Position numbers and translations under genes: made by a program. DNA of 59,567 nucleotides from assembly GCA_002269645.1 (NCBI GenBank), contig NIVC01004119.1, positions 1 through 59,567 of the forward strand. The letters run 5' to 3'. The notes below the pieces were generated by a model. The model saw only the letters and a list, made by a program, of their open reading frames with translations. It searched no databases and was not told the origin of the DNA. This document shows, piece by piece, positions 12,797 through 26,150 of the stretch. This DNA is from Macrostomum lignano. Taxonomy: Eukaryota. The number at the start of each line of letters is the position of its first letter. The first letter of the stretch is position 1.

Positions 12797-14424
12797 GTTA
12801 GTGATGGGAACCAGATTTGACATCTTTGTATCTCGCAAAGGAATTTATCCTTCCGTTGCTGAAAAAAGAGGAATTTAAGGCCGTTTTTTTTCAATAAAAA
12901 TTGTGAAACAATCAATATAAAATGTGAAGGTTTCTGCGTTTAGCATGCATTAAATTTTTCTATGTATGACATTATGTATGACATTATGCATGACAGTAAA
13001 TAAACAATTTACTGCTCTATGTGTACATACTGGCAAAAGCACTCAATTCCCATTGCATTGGGAATTGCATTTGCATTGACACCACAATTAAGCGACAATT
13101 TAGAAATTTTGAGGGGGCAACCTATACTAAGCCTCTTCCAAATCAGCATCATGCATGCGTCTGCGTCTAAGTCCAAACTGTTCAAGAATCGGCGACAATC
13201 GCAAAAGAAGACAAAAAGATATAGCAAACATTTTGACACGGCTGAGGGGAGCCATTGACCTGGCACCCTCGCCTTCCCTCATGCACTGACTACAATGACT
13301 AAATAATAAGATTTCCTAGTAAAATATCAATCTCTTTCTACAGTTTTATAAATTTAGATATTTTTGTTATAGCACTTGAAGTAGTATTGCAATAAGAAGA
13401 AATGATCTAAGAAGTTGAAAATGTTGGTAGAGCAAGTGAACGAAGCTGGAATTTAGGGTAAATTTACATAAATTATGAAGAAAATGCACCGTTACAAGTC
13501 TAATCTGTTTAGTACCTAATTTCTAGTTCAAAAAGTATTTGTTTAAATATTATTTGCTTTATGGAATTTTGGACTACGAATGCGTTAGGCCGGCCGCCGG
13601 GCCGCGAAGCGAAGAAATACCAACAACACCCTGCCTATTTGTTTTTGGGATATATTTCCATTTCACCCCCTAGTATCTAGTCTATAGGTGAAATCTCACT
13701 ATATAGGAATCTAATAAAAATTTAAATAGCCTTATCTTGCTTTTTCTTATTTTATCTAATTCTTAAAATTCTTAAAAATTCTTAGCATTAGATAAAACTT
13801 GCTCTGGCTTTACTATCTACTAGGCCTACTAAGTAAATCAAAATGTATCGATGTGACGATGTATGCAGTATGCTACAGCAAGAACAAGTTTGATAAGTTT
13901 TATTAGCAAGTTTTTTTACAACATGGCTAGCTAGCCAGCAACACCAAGCTTTATTATGAATAGCACTTCTGTCTGATGTCCTTTTTGAGGCACATCTAGA
14001 GGAATTCCTCTAGCATTGCAAAAAACCTAAGCCTGATTAAGCACTAATTATATGCTTCTAAACTTGTTTAGACTATTTCTATTTAGGCCCTATTTGTTAT
14101 TTGTTAACTTGTTAGGGCCTAAAGACCATAGATGTTTGGACTAAAGTCTAGACCATAGACTTTTTTCAAGTTGCAAAATGTTTTAATGTTTTGGCCATGG
14201 CATAGACTATTTGTGGCTTTCTGATGTTAGTCCCATTATAACAACAAGTTTAAAAGCATAGAATTAGAATTAGGTCTTTTAAAAGTAGTTTTTTGTACTT
14301 AAAATAGTTTGTAGATTACTTTTCTGGAGTTGAAATAATCTAAATATACTAATGTCTCTATCTAACTAGGCCTAACTGCTTGACTGACTAGGCCCTAATT
14401 GACTATTTGTATTTAATTGTTATA

Positions 14425-15035
14425 TAACAACAACAGAGTACGCTGTCAGTTTGCGAAAGCAGCGTCAGATGGTGCGCTTCGAAGCTTGGGCACGAACAAA
14501 GGCTGCACCATTGGCAGAGTCTAGGGACTAGGGCGCCAGCGTCAGCCAGCAGACAGTCGACGTAGCGCCGAGTCCTTGCCTGTCCCCGCCGGTAGGGTGC
14601 CTGCAACATAAGTAGCAGCATCTCCTACACCGGCTCCAGACAGTAGGCCTCAGCGTAGATGACATGGCTTGCCAGCTGGAGTCGCCGATGGCGCAACAGA
14701 TTGCTAGGATGGGCCAGGCCAGCGCAATGATAGAGCGTCGTGTTGGTGACTCGCTCGTTGCTGATCTTGAAGGTGGCACGCAGCAGGCCAGTGTGCGCCG
14801 CATCAACTTGAGCCTCAAGCGAGTCTGTTAGCGTCTAGGTCTCAGTGTTGTATAACAAGATGGTCTCGATCACCGCCTGGAACAGCGCCACCTTCTGGCA
14901 GTCCAGTAGGGCCTCAGACTGCAGGACTGACCTTATAGAACAAAAGGCAGCCCAGGCAAGTCCTTGGCAACGCTGCAGATCCTCACGGACATCGGGAACC
15001 AGACTGCCGAGGTAGACGAACTGCTGACATCTTGG
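14425..15035 (-). mobile_element. Degraded RTE-like non-LTR retrotransposon 3' fragment
   Basis: Translates as LFQAVIETILLYNTET*TLTDSLEAQVDAAH...LRHRRLQLASHV, the LYxxETW region C-terminal to LINE RT. It has internal TAG stops and a short (TTG)n 3' tail at about 14428. Confidence 0.75.
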
Positions 15036-16724
15036 AATGTCAGTTAATTGATGTCAGTTAATTGTTATATATATCCTATTAAAAATAATATTTTAAAACA
15101 AACTAGAAGATTGCCACTTGATATATACTCAGCAATAGCTAACCACTAAGTGTAAGTCTAGGCAAAACTGAGTCAAGACATATTTGCAAGTAAAGGAGAA
15201 AATAGGCTTACACAAAAAGAACTATACCAAATTTACTAAGTATTGACTTTATAACACAAAACTTGTATATCAATAGACATGTCTATTAGTTGGCAGGAGG
15301 TTAAAACTATGTATAAGTTGGAAAGTATAAATATTTCAATAGATATGGTCAGGAATAAAGCGATAGCATATAAGAATGATTAGTCACAGGAAAGAGAGAG
15401 AGAAAATGATGAAACAACATAAAAAAACAAAGTACAACCCTAACACTAGGCTTTTCTCATATACTAATAGAACCTTGATTGTCATAGGGTTAGATATAAT
15501 AAAATTTTTTAGCTATCTAATACCTTTTTTAGCATTGTATAAAAATCACATATATGTTAAAGTATTGTCACAACTATCAAACTATTAGTGATTATAACTT
15601 AAATCATGACTTTTATCTATTCTAAGATTTTGTCTTATTAACTTATATTAAATATTTGCTAGTTTGTGACCTTGAATCATTTTTCATTAAGTAATGTTTT
15701 TTGTCATTGATTAGATCTATGATATCAAGACCTTAATAATTATAGTGATTTTTATCAATATATCTATATACTTTGAAGTTACATTAGCTATGCAACATAT
15801 TTTTTATTGAAAATATGACTTAGTTTTGTGACTAGCAGATTTATATATAAAAATGAACAATATTTTTTTTCTAATCTTCTTTTTTATGTGGTAGCCTCTA
15901 ATTAGGCTAGTTTATTCTTTATGCTTGTTTGTGTATATAGAACATTTCTACAAATAGTTGCATAAGTGATCATTTATGATTTAGGCCTTTTTATATATGT
16001 AGCAAAGAGGCCTAGTTTTATTTTTTAAACATAGCTTTAGACTTAGTAGTGAACAACAGAAGTAATAGGGTATTTCCATTTATCCTATCCTATTTTTATT
16101 ATCATATCCTATTTCTCCTTTTATCCTATCTCTATGGGTTAGACAAAATCACATTTTTTGAAATTTTTGCAACTCAAGATCTATACTTTTGAGATAATTG
16201 AGATTTGATCATGATTTGATATTAAGCCTAATTAGTATCTATTTACACTATTCTAAATCCTTTTATCCTTCTATTTTTTAAATATTATTGCCTGAAGATG
16301 GTATAAGCTATAGTAAAACATTTTCAGTAATCAATATAAAAATCAATAATGCATATATTTAATAGTGCAGGCATTTTGCAATTATTTTCCTATTCTTTAC
16401 ATTTCTAAAGCAAAGAATTTCAAAAACATCCCTAAACCATACTCTTGAGCTCAACTTAGATTAGACAAATTGTATTGGAATATTACAATTAAAAAGCATA
16501 AAACTCTGGGCTTTTTTAAGCATCAAAGTTAAACTGAAAACTGGGTTGCTAGTTAGAATAGGTCAAAAAAGTTTTTTAAAATACATGGAACTTAAATTGA
16601 AAGGAATCCAGCTTGGAAAAAACTGGGTGCCAATTTAGCATCAAGGTGTCGATAATAAAGTTAAAACCTAGCCTGTGACCCACCAACTGCAGCCAGTCTA
16701 ACCACTCAGCTTTAACTCAGCCAG

Positions 16725-19700
16725 ATGCTGAAGAAGTCACTTGGCGGCGTCTCTTATCGTCGCCTGTTTGACCGGGTCAGCGAGCTGCCCGTCCCCCTGC
16801 TGCCCGGCGGCAGTTGGCGACGCCTGCGCAATGTCGGCGCCGCTCTGGCCAAGCTGGAGGTCGGTCCGCAAGAGCCGGGGCCCGGCGGCTTCAGGGAGCG
16901 GCACCTGCCGCTGGCCAAGGCGTCGCTAGTCCGTCTGCTGTGCAAAGAGGCCGCCGTGAGCTCGGCCGGTCAGCAGGCCGGTTTTCAAAACTTGGCCGCT
17001 TCGCTTGACCACGCTCTGGTGGGGCAGTTCTACGGCACTCTGAGGGAGCTGCGGTGAGCAACTGTGGATCTGTGGCCCAGCAACTGAGGATCTGGGAGGC
17101 TGGCCCAGCAACTGAGGATCTGGGAGGCTGGCCCAGCAACTGAGGATCTGGGAGGCTGGCCCAGCAACTGAGGATCTGGGAGGCTGGCCCAGCAATTGAG
17201 GATCTGGGAGGCTGGCCCAGCAACTGAGGATCTGGGAGGCTGGCCCAGCAATTGAGGATCTGGGAGGCTGGCCCAGCAACTGAGGATCTGGGAGGCTGGC
17301 CCAGCAATTGAGGATCTGGGAGGCTGGCCCAGCAATTGAGGATCTGGGAGGCTGGCCCAGCAACTGAGGATCTGGGAGGCTGGCCCAGCAATTGAGGATC
17401 TGGGAGGCTGGCCCAGCAATTGAGGATCTGGGAGGCTGGCCCAGCAACTGAGGATCTGGGAGGCTAGCTTAGCAACTGAGGATCTGAGAGGCTGGCCCAT
17501 CAACTGAGGATCTGGGAGGCTGGCCCAGCAATTGAGGATCTGTGGCCCAGCAATTGAGGATCTGGGAGGCTGGCCCAGCAATTGAGGATCTGTGGCCCAG
17601 CAATTGAGGATCTGGGAGGCTGGCCCAGCAATTGAGGATCTGGGAGGCTGGCCCAGCAACTGAGGATCTGGGAGGCTAGCTTAGCAATTGAGGATCTGGG
17701 AGGCTGGCCCAGCAACTGAGGATCTGGGAGGCTGGCCCAGCCACTGAGGATCTGGGAGGCTGGATCAGCCACTGAGGATCTGGGAGGCTGGATCAGCCAC
17801 TGAGGATCTGGGAGGCTGGCCCAGCCACTGAGGATCTGGGAGGCTGGCCCAGCCACTGAGGATCTGGGAGACTGGATCAGCCACTGAGGATCTGGGAGGC
17901 TGGCCCAGTCACTGAGGATCTGGGAGGCTGGCCCAGTCACTGAGGATCTGGGAGGCTGGCCCAGTCACTGAGGATCTGGGAGGCTGGCCCAGTCACTGAG
18001 GATCTGGGAGGCTGGCCCAGTCACTGAGGATCTGGGAGTGCCCGTCACCCATTCCTTAATCGATATGTCTCGCCCTCCCGCAGCGACCTGTTCGCCCCGC
18101 TGAACCCAGACGACGACACGCCGACCAATCAGATGCCGCGCAGAGCCCGACTGGACGCAGAATTTGACTTCCTGCGCCGCCTGGCCGCCGTGCTGGAGGC
18201 CGGCAATTTTCGCGAATTGGGCAGCGCTCAGGTGGCCAGGGCGCTCAGCCTGCACAAGTCCAGGGCCGGCGTGCAGGTGACTTGAAATTATGCTGGAGTT
18301 TAAATAGTTACAGTGCTGTCCTGCTGCCATCCCCGTTCTGCACCTGTTATTTTCTCTTCCCTGTGCTCCCACTCTCTTCCCCTGTGCTCCCACTCTCTTT
18401 CCATCATTTCCTTGTGCTCCCAGTCTCTTCCCATCATTCCCCTGCGCTCCCAGTCTCTTCCCATCATTACCCTGTGCTCCCAGTCTCTTCCCATCATTAC
18501 CCTGTGCTCCCAGTCTCTTCCCATCATTCCCCTGTGCTCCCAGTCTCTTCCCATCATTCCCATGTGCTCCCAGTCTCTCCATCTCACCTAGTCTTCCTTA
18601 CTGTACGTCTTTTCCTGAATTCTTTACAATGCAAATCTTTTATTATATGTACAGTGTCTTCCCAGCCAATCCAAAGGACCATAACTGTCATTTTGCGCTG
18701 CTCCAACCTCTGCATCCAAGGTGGGCGTGGACCTGTCCAAATACGACGTACTCCGCGTGTGGGTCATCGGCCAGACTGAGGCGCCTAAAGCCGCTGCCAC
18801 CGGCCTACTGGGGCGGGCTCGGTCTGTGCTGATGAGCGGAGGCCGCCGCGGTGGCGCTGGAGAGCCGCAGCTGTACCAGCGTCTGGTGCTGGCCGTCAGA
18901 CTCAAGCAGAGCGATCGGCTGAGCGTTAAAATGTTTAAAAACGTGGACGCCAGCGAGATTGACATGCTGCTGCCTGAGGGTGAGGCGCTTTCACTTGCTG
19001 TGATGCACCAGGAATTCGGGATGCGAGATCTGTGGATTACGGAACTGAATCTTTGTGTTTAGGGTTCAAATCTGGGGATTATAGATCAGGATCTTCGGAT
19101 GCAAGATCAAGATCTTGTGATTAAAGGTTAAGATCTTGGGATTAAAAATCAAGATCTTGGGATTAAATATCAAGATCTTGTGATTAAATATCAAGATCTC
19201 GGGATTAAAGATCAAGATCTTGTGATTAAAGATTAAGATCTTGGGATTAAAGATCAAGATCTCAGGATTAAAGATTAAGATCTTGTGATTAAAGATTAAG
19301 ATCTTGGGATTAAAGATCAAGATCTCAGGATTAAAGATTAAGATCTTGTGATTAAAGATTAAGATCTTGGGATTAAAGATCAAGATCTCAGGATTAAAGA
19401 TTAAGATCTTGTGATTAAAGATTAAGATCTTGGGATTAAAGATCAAGATCTCAGGATTAAAGATTAAGATCTTGTGATTAAAGATTAAGATCTTGGGATT
19501 AAAGATCAAGATCTCAGGATTAAAGATTAAGATCTTGGGATTAAAGATTAAGATCTTGGGATAAAGATTAATATCTTGGGATTAAGAATTTCAAGAATTC
19601 GGTATTAGGGATCACAAAATCTCTTGTCATTTCACATATCTGGGGGTTAGTTTTTTCCAATTCTACTACTATCTACAAGTAGTACAATTGGATTCTTAAA

Positions 19701-21751
19701 GGGCCCAAATCCTCCCTAATGTGATAAGCTTGCCCAAGCCATGCTCTGAGATGCCGCTACTAACAGTCTTATGAGACTCTGACTGCTGTCAATCCGTCTA
19801 GGACCTCCCAGCTGCCAAGCCAGTCTACCTCGGCATCAATAATTCTTCATCTTTCCTCTTCCTCCTCCCTCCTCCCCACTTCCCAAGTCTTTACTGCCTC
19901 TTTTAGTTGTCGCGTTTTGCAACACCCAACTGCGGCTGTTGCGTGTCCCGCCTTGAGGGTGAGAGCGGGGTGGGGGTGGCCCCCGACTTTGCTGTTGGCA
20001 TTGTTAATGCCGCTTACCCTTAGACAAGAGAGAGAATCCAGACTGGAACAGCTAACGACAGTCAGTCAGTTCTCTCCTCTCCTTTCTGTAGTTATAAACT
20101 ATATTTGGTAGCCGGGCAGACAGGCAAGGGAAGGAATGGATGCTGCTGCCACTGTCTCCGGACTTTTTTAGCCCTGCAGTCTTGGGTAGATTGAGCAGCT
20201 TTTCCTATTTATGATTTGGCTACTGCACATATCTCTGATCTATTATGGCTACTGCACATATCTCTGATCTATTATGGCTACTGTACATATCTCTGATCTA
20301 TTATGGCTACTGCACATATCTCTGATCTATTATGGCTACTGCACAATCCCGCAGGCACCCTGGTGATGTCCCCCCTGGACAGGGGCATCATATTCAGCAC
20401 CCTGTCGGTGGGCACGGGCGGAGCGCTGTTCGCCAGCTACGCTTGGAAGCACCACCTGACCTACATAGACTATTGGGGCCTGGTCACCGGCGTCAGCCTC
20501 CTAGCCGCATTCCGGGGGACCGTCACCTACAAAGAGAGAAAGGCGCGTCATTTGGCCGAACTGGCCGCTCTGGTTTATCACAACTGCCTGGCTGGTAACC
20601 GGCCTCTGCTAGCACTGCTCACTGATCGAGCCGAAGATGAGGCGTTTAAATCCGCTCTGCTGGCTTATTGCATGCTGTTAGCTAAGCCCGACGGCCTTAC
20701 TCCGCTACAGTTGGAGCAGGCTGCTCAAGACTGGGCTATGGCCGCCTGCGGCTCCGCTATTGAATTTGACTCGGATAGGCCTGTTGAATTGCTGACGGCG
20801 CTCGGCTTGGTTAGGGTGCTGCCGCCTGCTGAACAGGTTCGTTATTGATGATTGTACGAGATTCACTTATCTGCTCACTCTACTGGGCTCTTGTAACTCT
20901 GAGGATTCTGGTCACTCTATTAGGATTTCAGTTAGTTTATAATGACTCTGGTCACTCTATAATCATTCTGGTCACTCTATAATCATTCTGGTCACTCTAT
21001 ATAAGGATTCTCGTCTTTCAACACGGATTTTGGTCACTCTTTATAAAGATTCTGGTCACTCTAAAAGAATTCTGGTCACTCTATAAGAACTCTCGTCTTT
21101 CTACAAGAATTCTGGTCACTCTATGTTAAAGATCCTATTCACTAAAGAAATCTGGTCACTCTATAAGGATTCCGGTCACTTCGTAAGGATTCTGGTCCCT
21201 CTGAAAGAATTCTGGTCACTCTAAAAGAATTCTGGTCCCTCTAAAAGAATTCTGGTCCCTCTGAAAGAATTCTGGTCACTCTAAAAGAATTCTGGTCACT
21301 CTAAGGATTCTCGTCTCTATATAGGGATTGCGGTCACTTTTTAAGAATTCTGGTCACTCTATAATCAGGGTTACTCTATAACCATTCTGGTCACTCATAA
21401 TCATTCTGGTCACTCTATAATCATTCTGGTCACTCTATAAGAATTCTGGTCACTCTATAAGAATTCTGGTCACTCTATAATGGATTCTACTAGACCCATC
21501 CTCACTCCAGCCAATCCCACAATCCAATGCAGGAATCCGTAGCCAAGGACTCCCACAGCGAAGCCGATGCTCCCAGTCCAACAGCCGAGTCCCGTCTGGT
21601 AGCCGTGGACATTGGCCAGGCTCTCGGCCAGCTGCCTTCTCGGCCGGCCCGTTCGCACCTGTTGCTTAGCGACCAGTACGGCGACGCATTCGAGCAGGAC
21701 CGGTACGCCCTGCTGATTGACGTTGAGCGCAGACAGGTGGGCTGGAAGTGA
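16725..21751 (+). CDS. TMEM143: TMEM143-like (DUF3754) membrane protein; 5' end possibly incomplete
   Basis: Exons 16725-17053, 18084-18276, 18721-18979, 20355-20836 and 21533-21751 have GT-AG boundaries and consistent phases (2,0,1,0). Motifs FAPLNPDDDT, YQRLVLAVR...KMFKNV...IDMLLPE, two TM helices and GNRPLLALLTDRAEDEAFKSALLAY match TMEM143. Confidence 0.85.
17057..18037. repeat. 28-bp minisatellite (caactgaggatctgggaggctggcccag) filling TMEM143 intron 1
   Basis: Period measured at 17081/17109; about 35 copies. Confidence 0.97.
18350..18580. repeat. 30-bp minisatellite in TMEM143 intron 2
   Basis: Unit cagtctcttcccatcattMccctgYgctcc at 18421/18451/18481. Confidence 0.93.
19070..19585. repeat. 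21-bp minisatellite with a 63-bp higher-order unit in TMEM143 intron 3
   Basis: Variants of ttaaagatYaagatct end in tggga, cagga or tgtga and cycle in a fixed order. Confidence 0.93.
20217..20343. repeat. 29-bp tandem repeat (about 4 copies) at the end of TMEM143 intron 3
   Basis: Unit ggctactgcacatatctctgatctattat; period measured at 20221/20250. Confidence 0.92.
20900..21482. repeat. ~20-bp degenerate minisatellite (attctggtcactctataaga) in TMEM143 intron 4
   Basis: Repeated ttctggtcactct core. Confidence 0.9.
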
Positions 21752-21990
21752 CCCTTGATATTGATGAGGAGGTCACCAATTGGCTTTTTTTCATATTTCT
21801 TTCGTGACTTTCAAGTTAATAGAGAGTGACACGTGTCTACTGCGGGTTACGTTAGTTTCCAGATTCTCGCGCTTGGGATCTAAAAAGTATGAAAAGATAA
21901 AGTCTTCCCAAAACCTGTCTTTGCTACTTGGCTCCAAAGTTAGATTTTGTTATTGAAATATAAACTTATGTAAATATGATGGTTCGTAGG

Positions 21991-22340
21991 GTGAACTGTG
22001 TCACTCTGTAGTGGACTGTGTCACTCTGTAGTGAACTGTGTCACTCTGTAGTGAACTGTGTCACTGTAGTGAACTGTGCCACTCTGTAGTGGACCGTGTC
22101 ACTCTAGTGAACTGTGCCACTCTGTAGTGGACTGTGTCACTCTGTAGTGAACTGTGTCACTCTGTAGTGGACCGTGTCACTCTGTAGTGAACTGTGTCAC
22201 TCTGTAGTGAACTGTGTCACTCTGTAGTGGACCGTGTCACTCTGTAGTGAACTGTGTCACTGTAGTGAACTGTGCCACTCTGTAGTGGACTGTGTCACTC
22301 TGTAGTGGACCGTGCCACTCTGTAGTGGACTGTGCCACTC
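21991..22340. repeat. 20-bp minisatellite (gtgRactgtgtcactctgta)
   Basis: Period measured at 21991/22011. Confidence 0.95.
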
Positions 22341-22794
22341 ATTAGACTATAATTAATAAATGTTAGTTCCAGTGGCCTTCATTCTTTTTGAGAAATCAGA
22401 AGAAATATGAATATATTAATCTATACATTGGTTAGTCCGTTATTGAATTTTTATCGTGCTCAAATGTACTTGCACTTTGTAGGAAATGCCCTTTCGCCTT
22501 GCGCTTAGAACAGAACCACTCTGTCATGCAATTTAATTTATCAGATAGTTCCCATAATAAATTATTAGATCTAATAGGCTTTAGTTTCATATATCCTTAG
22601 TCCTTATATATATAATATGCCAGCTTGATTACAAAGTTGCAACCGGTTCAAAAAGCCAGAGAAATACACGCGCCCATGGTGAACTTATTGATTATTCAAC
22701 TAACGTTGATCTTCTACTGTAAGTAGTTAATTTTTTATCTAAATGACATTTCGTTTGTTCAAATGTTTATTTTAAAACTTTGAACTATTAAAGA

Positions 22795-23680
22795 ATCGCC
22801 CCTTATGACCCTGTAGAATGGCCCCTTATGACCCTGTAGAATGGCCCCTTATGACCCTGTAGAATGACCCCTTATGACCCTGTAGAATGGCCCTTATAAC
22901 CCTGTAAAATCGCCCCTTATGACCCTGTAGAATGGCCCTTATGACCCTGTAGAATGGCCCTTATGACCCTGTAAAATCGCCCCTTATGACCCTGTAGAAT
23001 GGCCCTTATGACCCTGTAGAATGGCCCTTATGACCCTGTAAAATCGCCCCTTATGACCCTGTAGAATGGCCCTTATGACCCTGTAGAATGGCCCTTATGA
23101 CCCTGTAAAATCGCCCCTTATGACCCTGTAGAATGGCCCCTTATGACCCTGTAGAATGGCCCCTTATGACCCTGTAGAATGGCCCCTTATGACCCTGTAG
23201 AATGGCCCCTTATGACCCTTTAGAATGGCCCCTTATGACCCTGTAGAATGGCCCCTTATGAACCTGTAGAATGGCCCCTTATGACCCTGTAGAATGGCCC
23301 CTTATGAACCTGTAGAATGGCCCCTTATGAACCTGTAGAATGGCCCCTTATGAACCTGTAGAATGGCCCTTTATGACCCTGCAGAACCTGTAGAATGACC
23401 CTTATAACCCTGTAAAATCGCCCCTTATGACCCTGTAGAATGGCCCTTATAACCCTGTAAAATCGCCCCTTATGACCCTGTAGAATGGCCCTTATAACCC
23501 TGTAAAATCGCCCCTTATGACCCTGTAGAATGGCTTTTATGACCCTGTAAAATCGCCCCTTATGACCCTGTAGAATGGCTTTTATGACCCTGTAAAATCG
23601 CCCCTTATGAACCTGCAGAATCGCCTAGTTTGAACCTGTAGAATCGCGCCCTATGACCCTGTAGAATCATATTTTATGAC
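22795..23680. repeat. 22-23-bp minisatellite (ccttatgaccctgtagaatggcc)
   Basis: Direct reading; interspersed aaaatcgcc variants. Confidence 0.95.
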
Positions 23681-24180
23681 AGCCTGCATTTCCTATTTAA
23701 GTAATCGCCCCATATCGCTAATGAAATCTGCAGTTTTCTCCACTATATAGTTCTCAAAGATTTTCTTTGAAGTTACAGTTATAGTTATAGTTCAGCAGAA
23801 ATGAATGCAGCTTTTTGCGCATCGTATGAACAGGAAGGACACTGTAAACTTTTTGTTAATAAAACCAACCACCCGAATGCTTAGTCTCGGGGATTACGGA
23901 TGGACTAAATAGGAAGTAGATGAAACAGGGAAGCACGAAGGGATCAAGGAGCAGTTTTTATGGAGTTCCTGGCTTGGTCGGTAGATTGGAGATTAAGCTA
24001 TAGCGAGTGGGGGGGGGGTTAACCGAACACGACAAAAGCGTTGTCGTCTGTCGGGCCTGGACATGCCAAAGCCGCATTATTAATCCACGTACAGGGACAG
24101 CTACAGCAAGTTTTGCCGGTTTTCTGTTTTCGTGCTGTTTTTCCTGAACTGCTACTGAAGACAAGGAAAGGAAATGCTAT

Positions 24181-24830
24181 GGCTCATGGGGGAATTGCTG
24201 AGATGTCAAGGCTCACTGGGGAATTGCTGAGATGTCAAGGCTCATGGTGGACATTGCTGAGATGTCAAGGCTCATGGTGGACATTGCTGAGATGTTAAGG
24301 CTTACTGGGGAATTGCTGAGATGTCAAGGCTCATGGCGTAAGTGCTGAGATGTCAAGGCTCATGGGGGAATTGCTGAGATGTCAAAGCTCATGGGGTAAG
24401 TGCTGAGATGTCAAGGCTCATGGGGGAATTGCTGAGATGTCAAAGCTCATGGCGTAAGTGCTGAGATGTCAAGGCTCATGGGGGAATTGCTGAGATGTCA
24501 AAGCTCATGGGGTAAGTGCTGAGATGTCAAGGCTCATGGGGGAATTGCTGAGATGTCAAGGCTCATGGGGGAATTGCTGAGATGTCAAGGCTCATGGGGG
24601 AATTTCTGAGATGTCAAGGCTCATGGCGTAAGTGCTGAGATGTCAAGGCTCATGGGGGAATTTCTGAGATGTCAAGGCTCATGGGGTAAGTGCTGAGATG
24701 TCAGGGCTCATGGGGGAATTGCTGAGATGTCAAAGCTCATGGGGTAAGTGCTGAGATGTCAAGGCTCATGGGGGAATTGCTGTGATGTCAAGGCTCATGG
24801 GGTAAGTGCTGAAATGCTGTGGCTCATGGG
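24181..24830. repeat. 29-bp minisatellite (ggctcatgggggaattgctgagatgtcaa)
   Basis: Period measured at 24181/24210; alternating gaattg/taagtg variants. Confidence 0.95.
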
Positions 24831-25814
24831 GGTTACTCAGATGCTTTGAGCTCACAGAGAATGCTGAAATCTTAGGCCAGATAGCAGGCTTTCAGGGCGG
24901 GTGCTTCTTTTACTTAAAACATCATTTTCCAATAGTGACTGTACGAGATCAAAATCTACATGTAGTTTATTTAAAAGTTTTTATTTCTTTCTTTGTTGCC
25001 TGCCCAACGGGGGCGCAGGTTGCTATAGTTTATGTATGTACTCGTAGTTTAGTCGACAACTTTTTAATGTAGTTTATTGAAGTTTTTTATGACTATATGG
25101 AGTTAAAATTTAGTATTTAATAATAATGCAGGGATCCAATGTAAACACAGCCTACTGCACATGTATTGTACTCGCATATGGAGCCTGAGTCCGTTAAGGG
25201 ACGGAGAGATGAAGGAAAAGATCAATGCACAATCGGAGCAAACTGGGTGACAGAGGCGGTCTCGCCTCACACTGTATGTGTGTCGTTTCTGTTCTCGTTT
25301 AATCTATCTAGCTCTCGCTTTTAGGATTGCAGCTCAGCAGCTTATATCCCCTTGAGGCTTCTGGGAGATTGGATGTAGCTGCAGAGCTCTTTGAGAGGCG
25401 AACAGTTCAGAATCTTGTGCGGCTATAGATGGATAAATATAGAGGCTGTCTTGGATTTGGTTTGCAATTATTCTAATATCTGTCGTTGGCTGTTTCCGTG
25501 GTCGATTAGCAACAAAGACTTTGATAAGGATTCTTTGGCGGGCTACACTCGCCAATCGTGCTAATTTTGCTGGAGACCCAGTTTTTGTAGAAAATAAAAT
25601 ACCCCGTAGCGCTGAAAAATCACAGAATATCTCAACTTCTGGACATCCGAATCTGCATATGAAGCCAGAATTTTTTGCTTTTTTGCGTTGCGTTAAAATA
25701 GACGAACCATTTTAAGATGAACCATAGACGAACTGGGTCGAGATAATAGTACATTTGGGAGATATTAACTAGTGAGGTTTGGTCGCTGTGCGAGATCCTT
25801 TTTATTGTTTAGCC

Positions 25815-25925
25815 CAGGGGTCGGCAAACTTCCGCCTGCGGGTCACGTGCGGTCTGTGAAGCCTTTCTATCCGGCCCTCTGGTCCTTTGAAACTTCACAA
25901 TAGCAATCCGGCCCGCTCAAGGCTT
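25815..25925 (+). mobile_element. Left end of an hAT (Charlie-type) MITE
   Basis: Begins CAGGGGTCGGCAAACTT and carries GGCCCGC subterminal motifs; the upstream flank gtttagcc resembles the NTCTAGAN hAT target. Confidence 0.55.
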
Positions 25926-25964
25926 GCGTCTTCTCAGCTCTCTTTTCTCTAATCTCCCCTATCA

Positions 25965-26150
25965 CAGTTTCTCCTCTCCTCTCCTCTCCGTTCTCTTCTC
26001 TTCTCTCCTTACCTCTCCTCTCCTCACCTCTCCTCTCCTCACCTCTCCTCTCCTCTCCTCTCCTCACCTCACCTCTCCTCACCTCTCCTCTCCTCTCCTC
26101 TCCTCACCTCTCCCCTCCTCTCCTCTCATCTTTATTCCCTCTCCCTTCCT
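25965..26150. repeat. (CTCCT)n pyrimidine-rich low-complexity repeat
   Basis: Direct reading. Confidence 0.9.
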
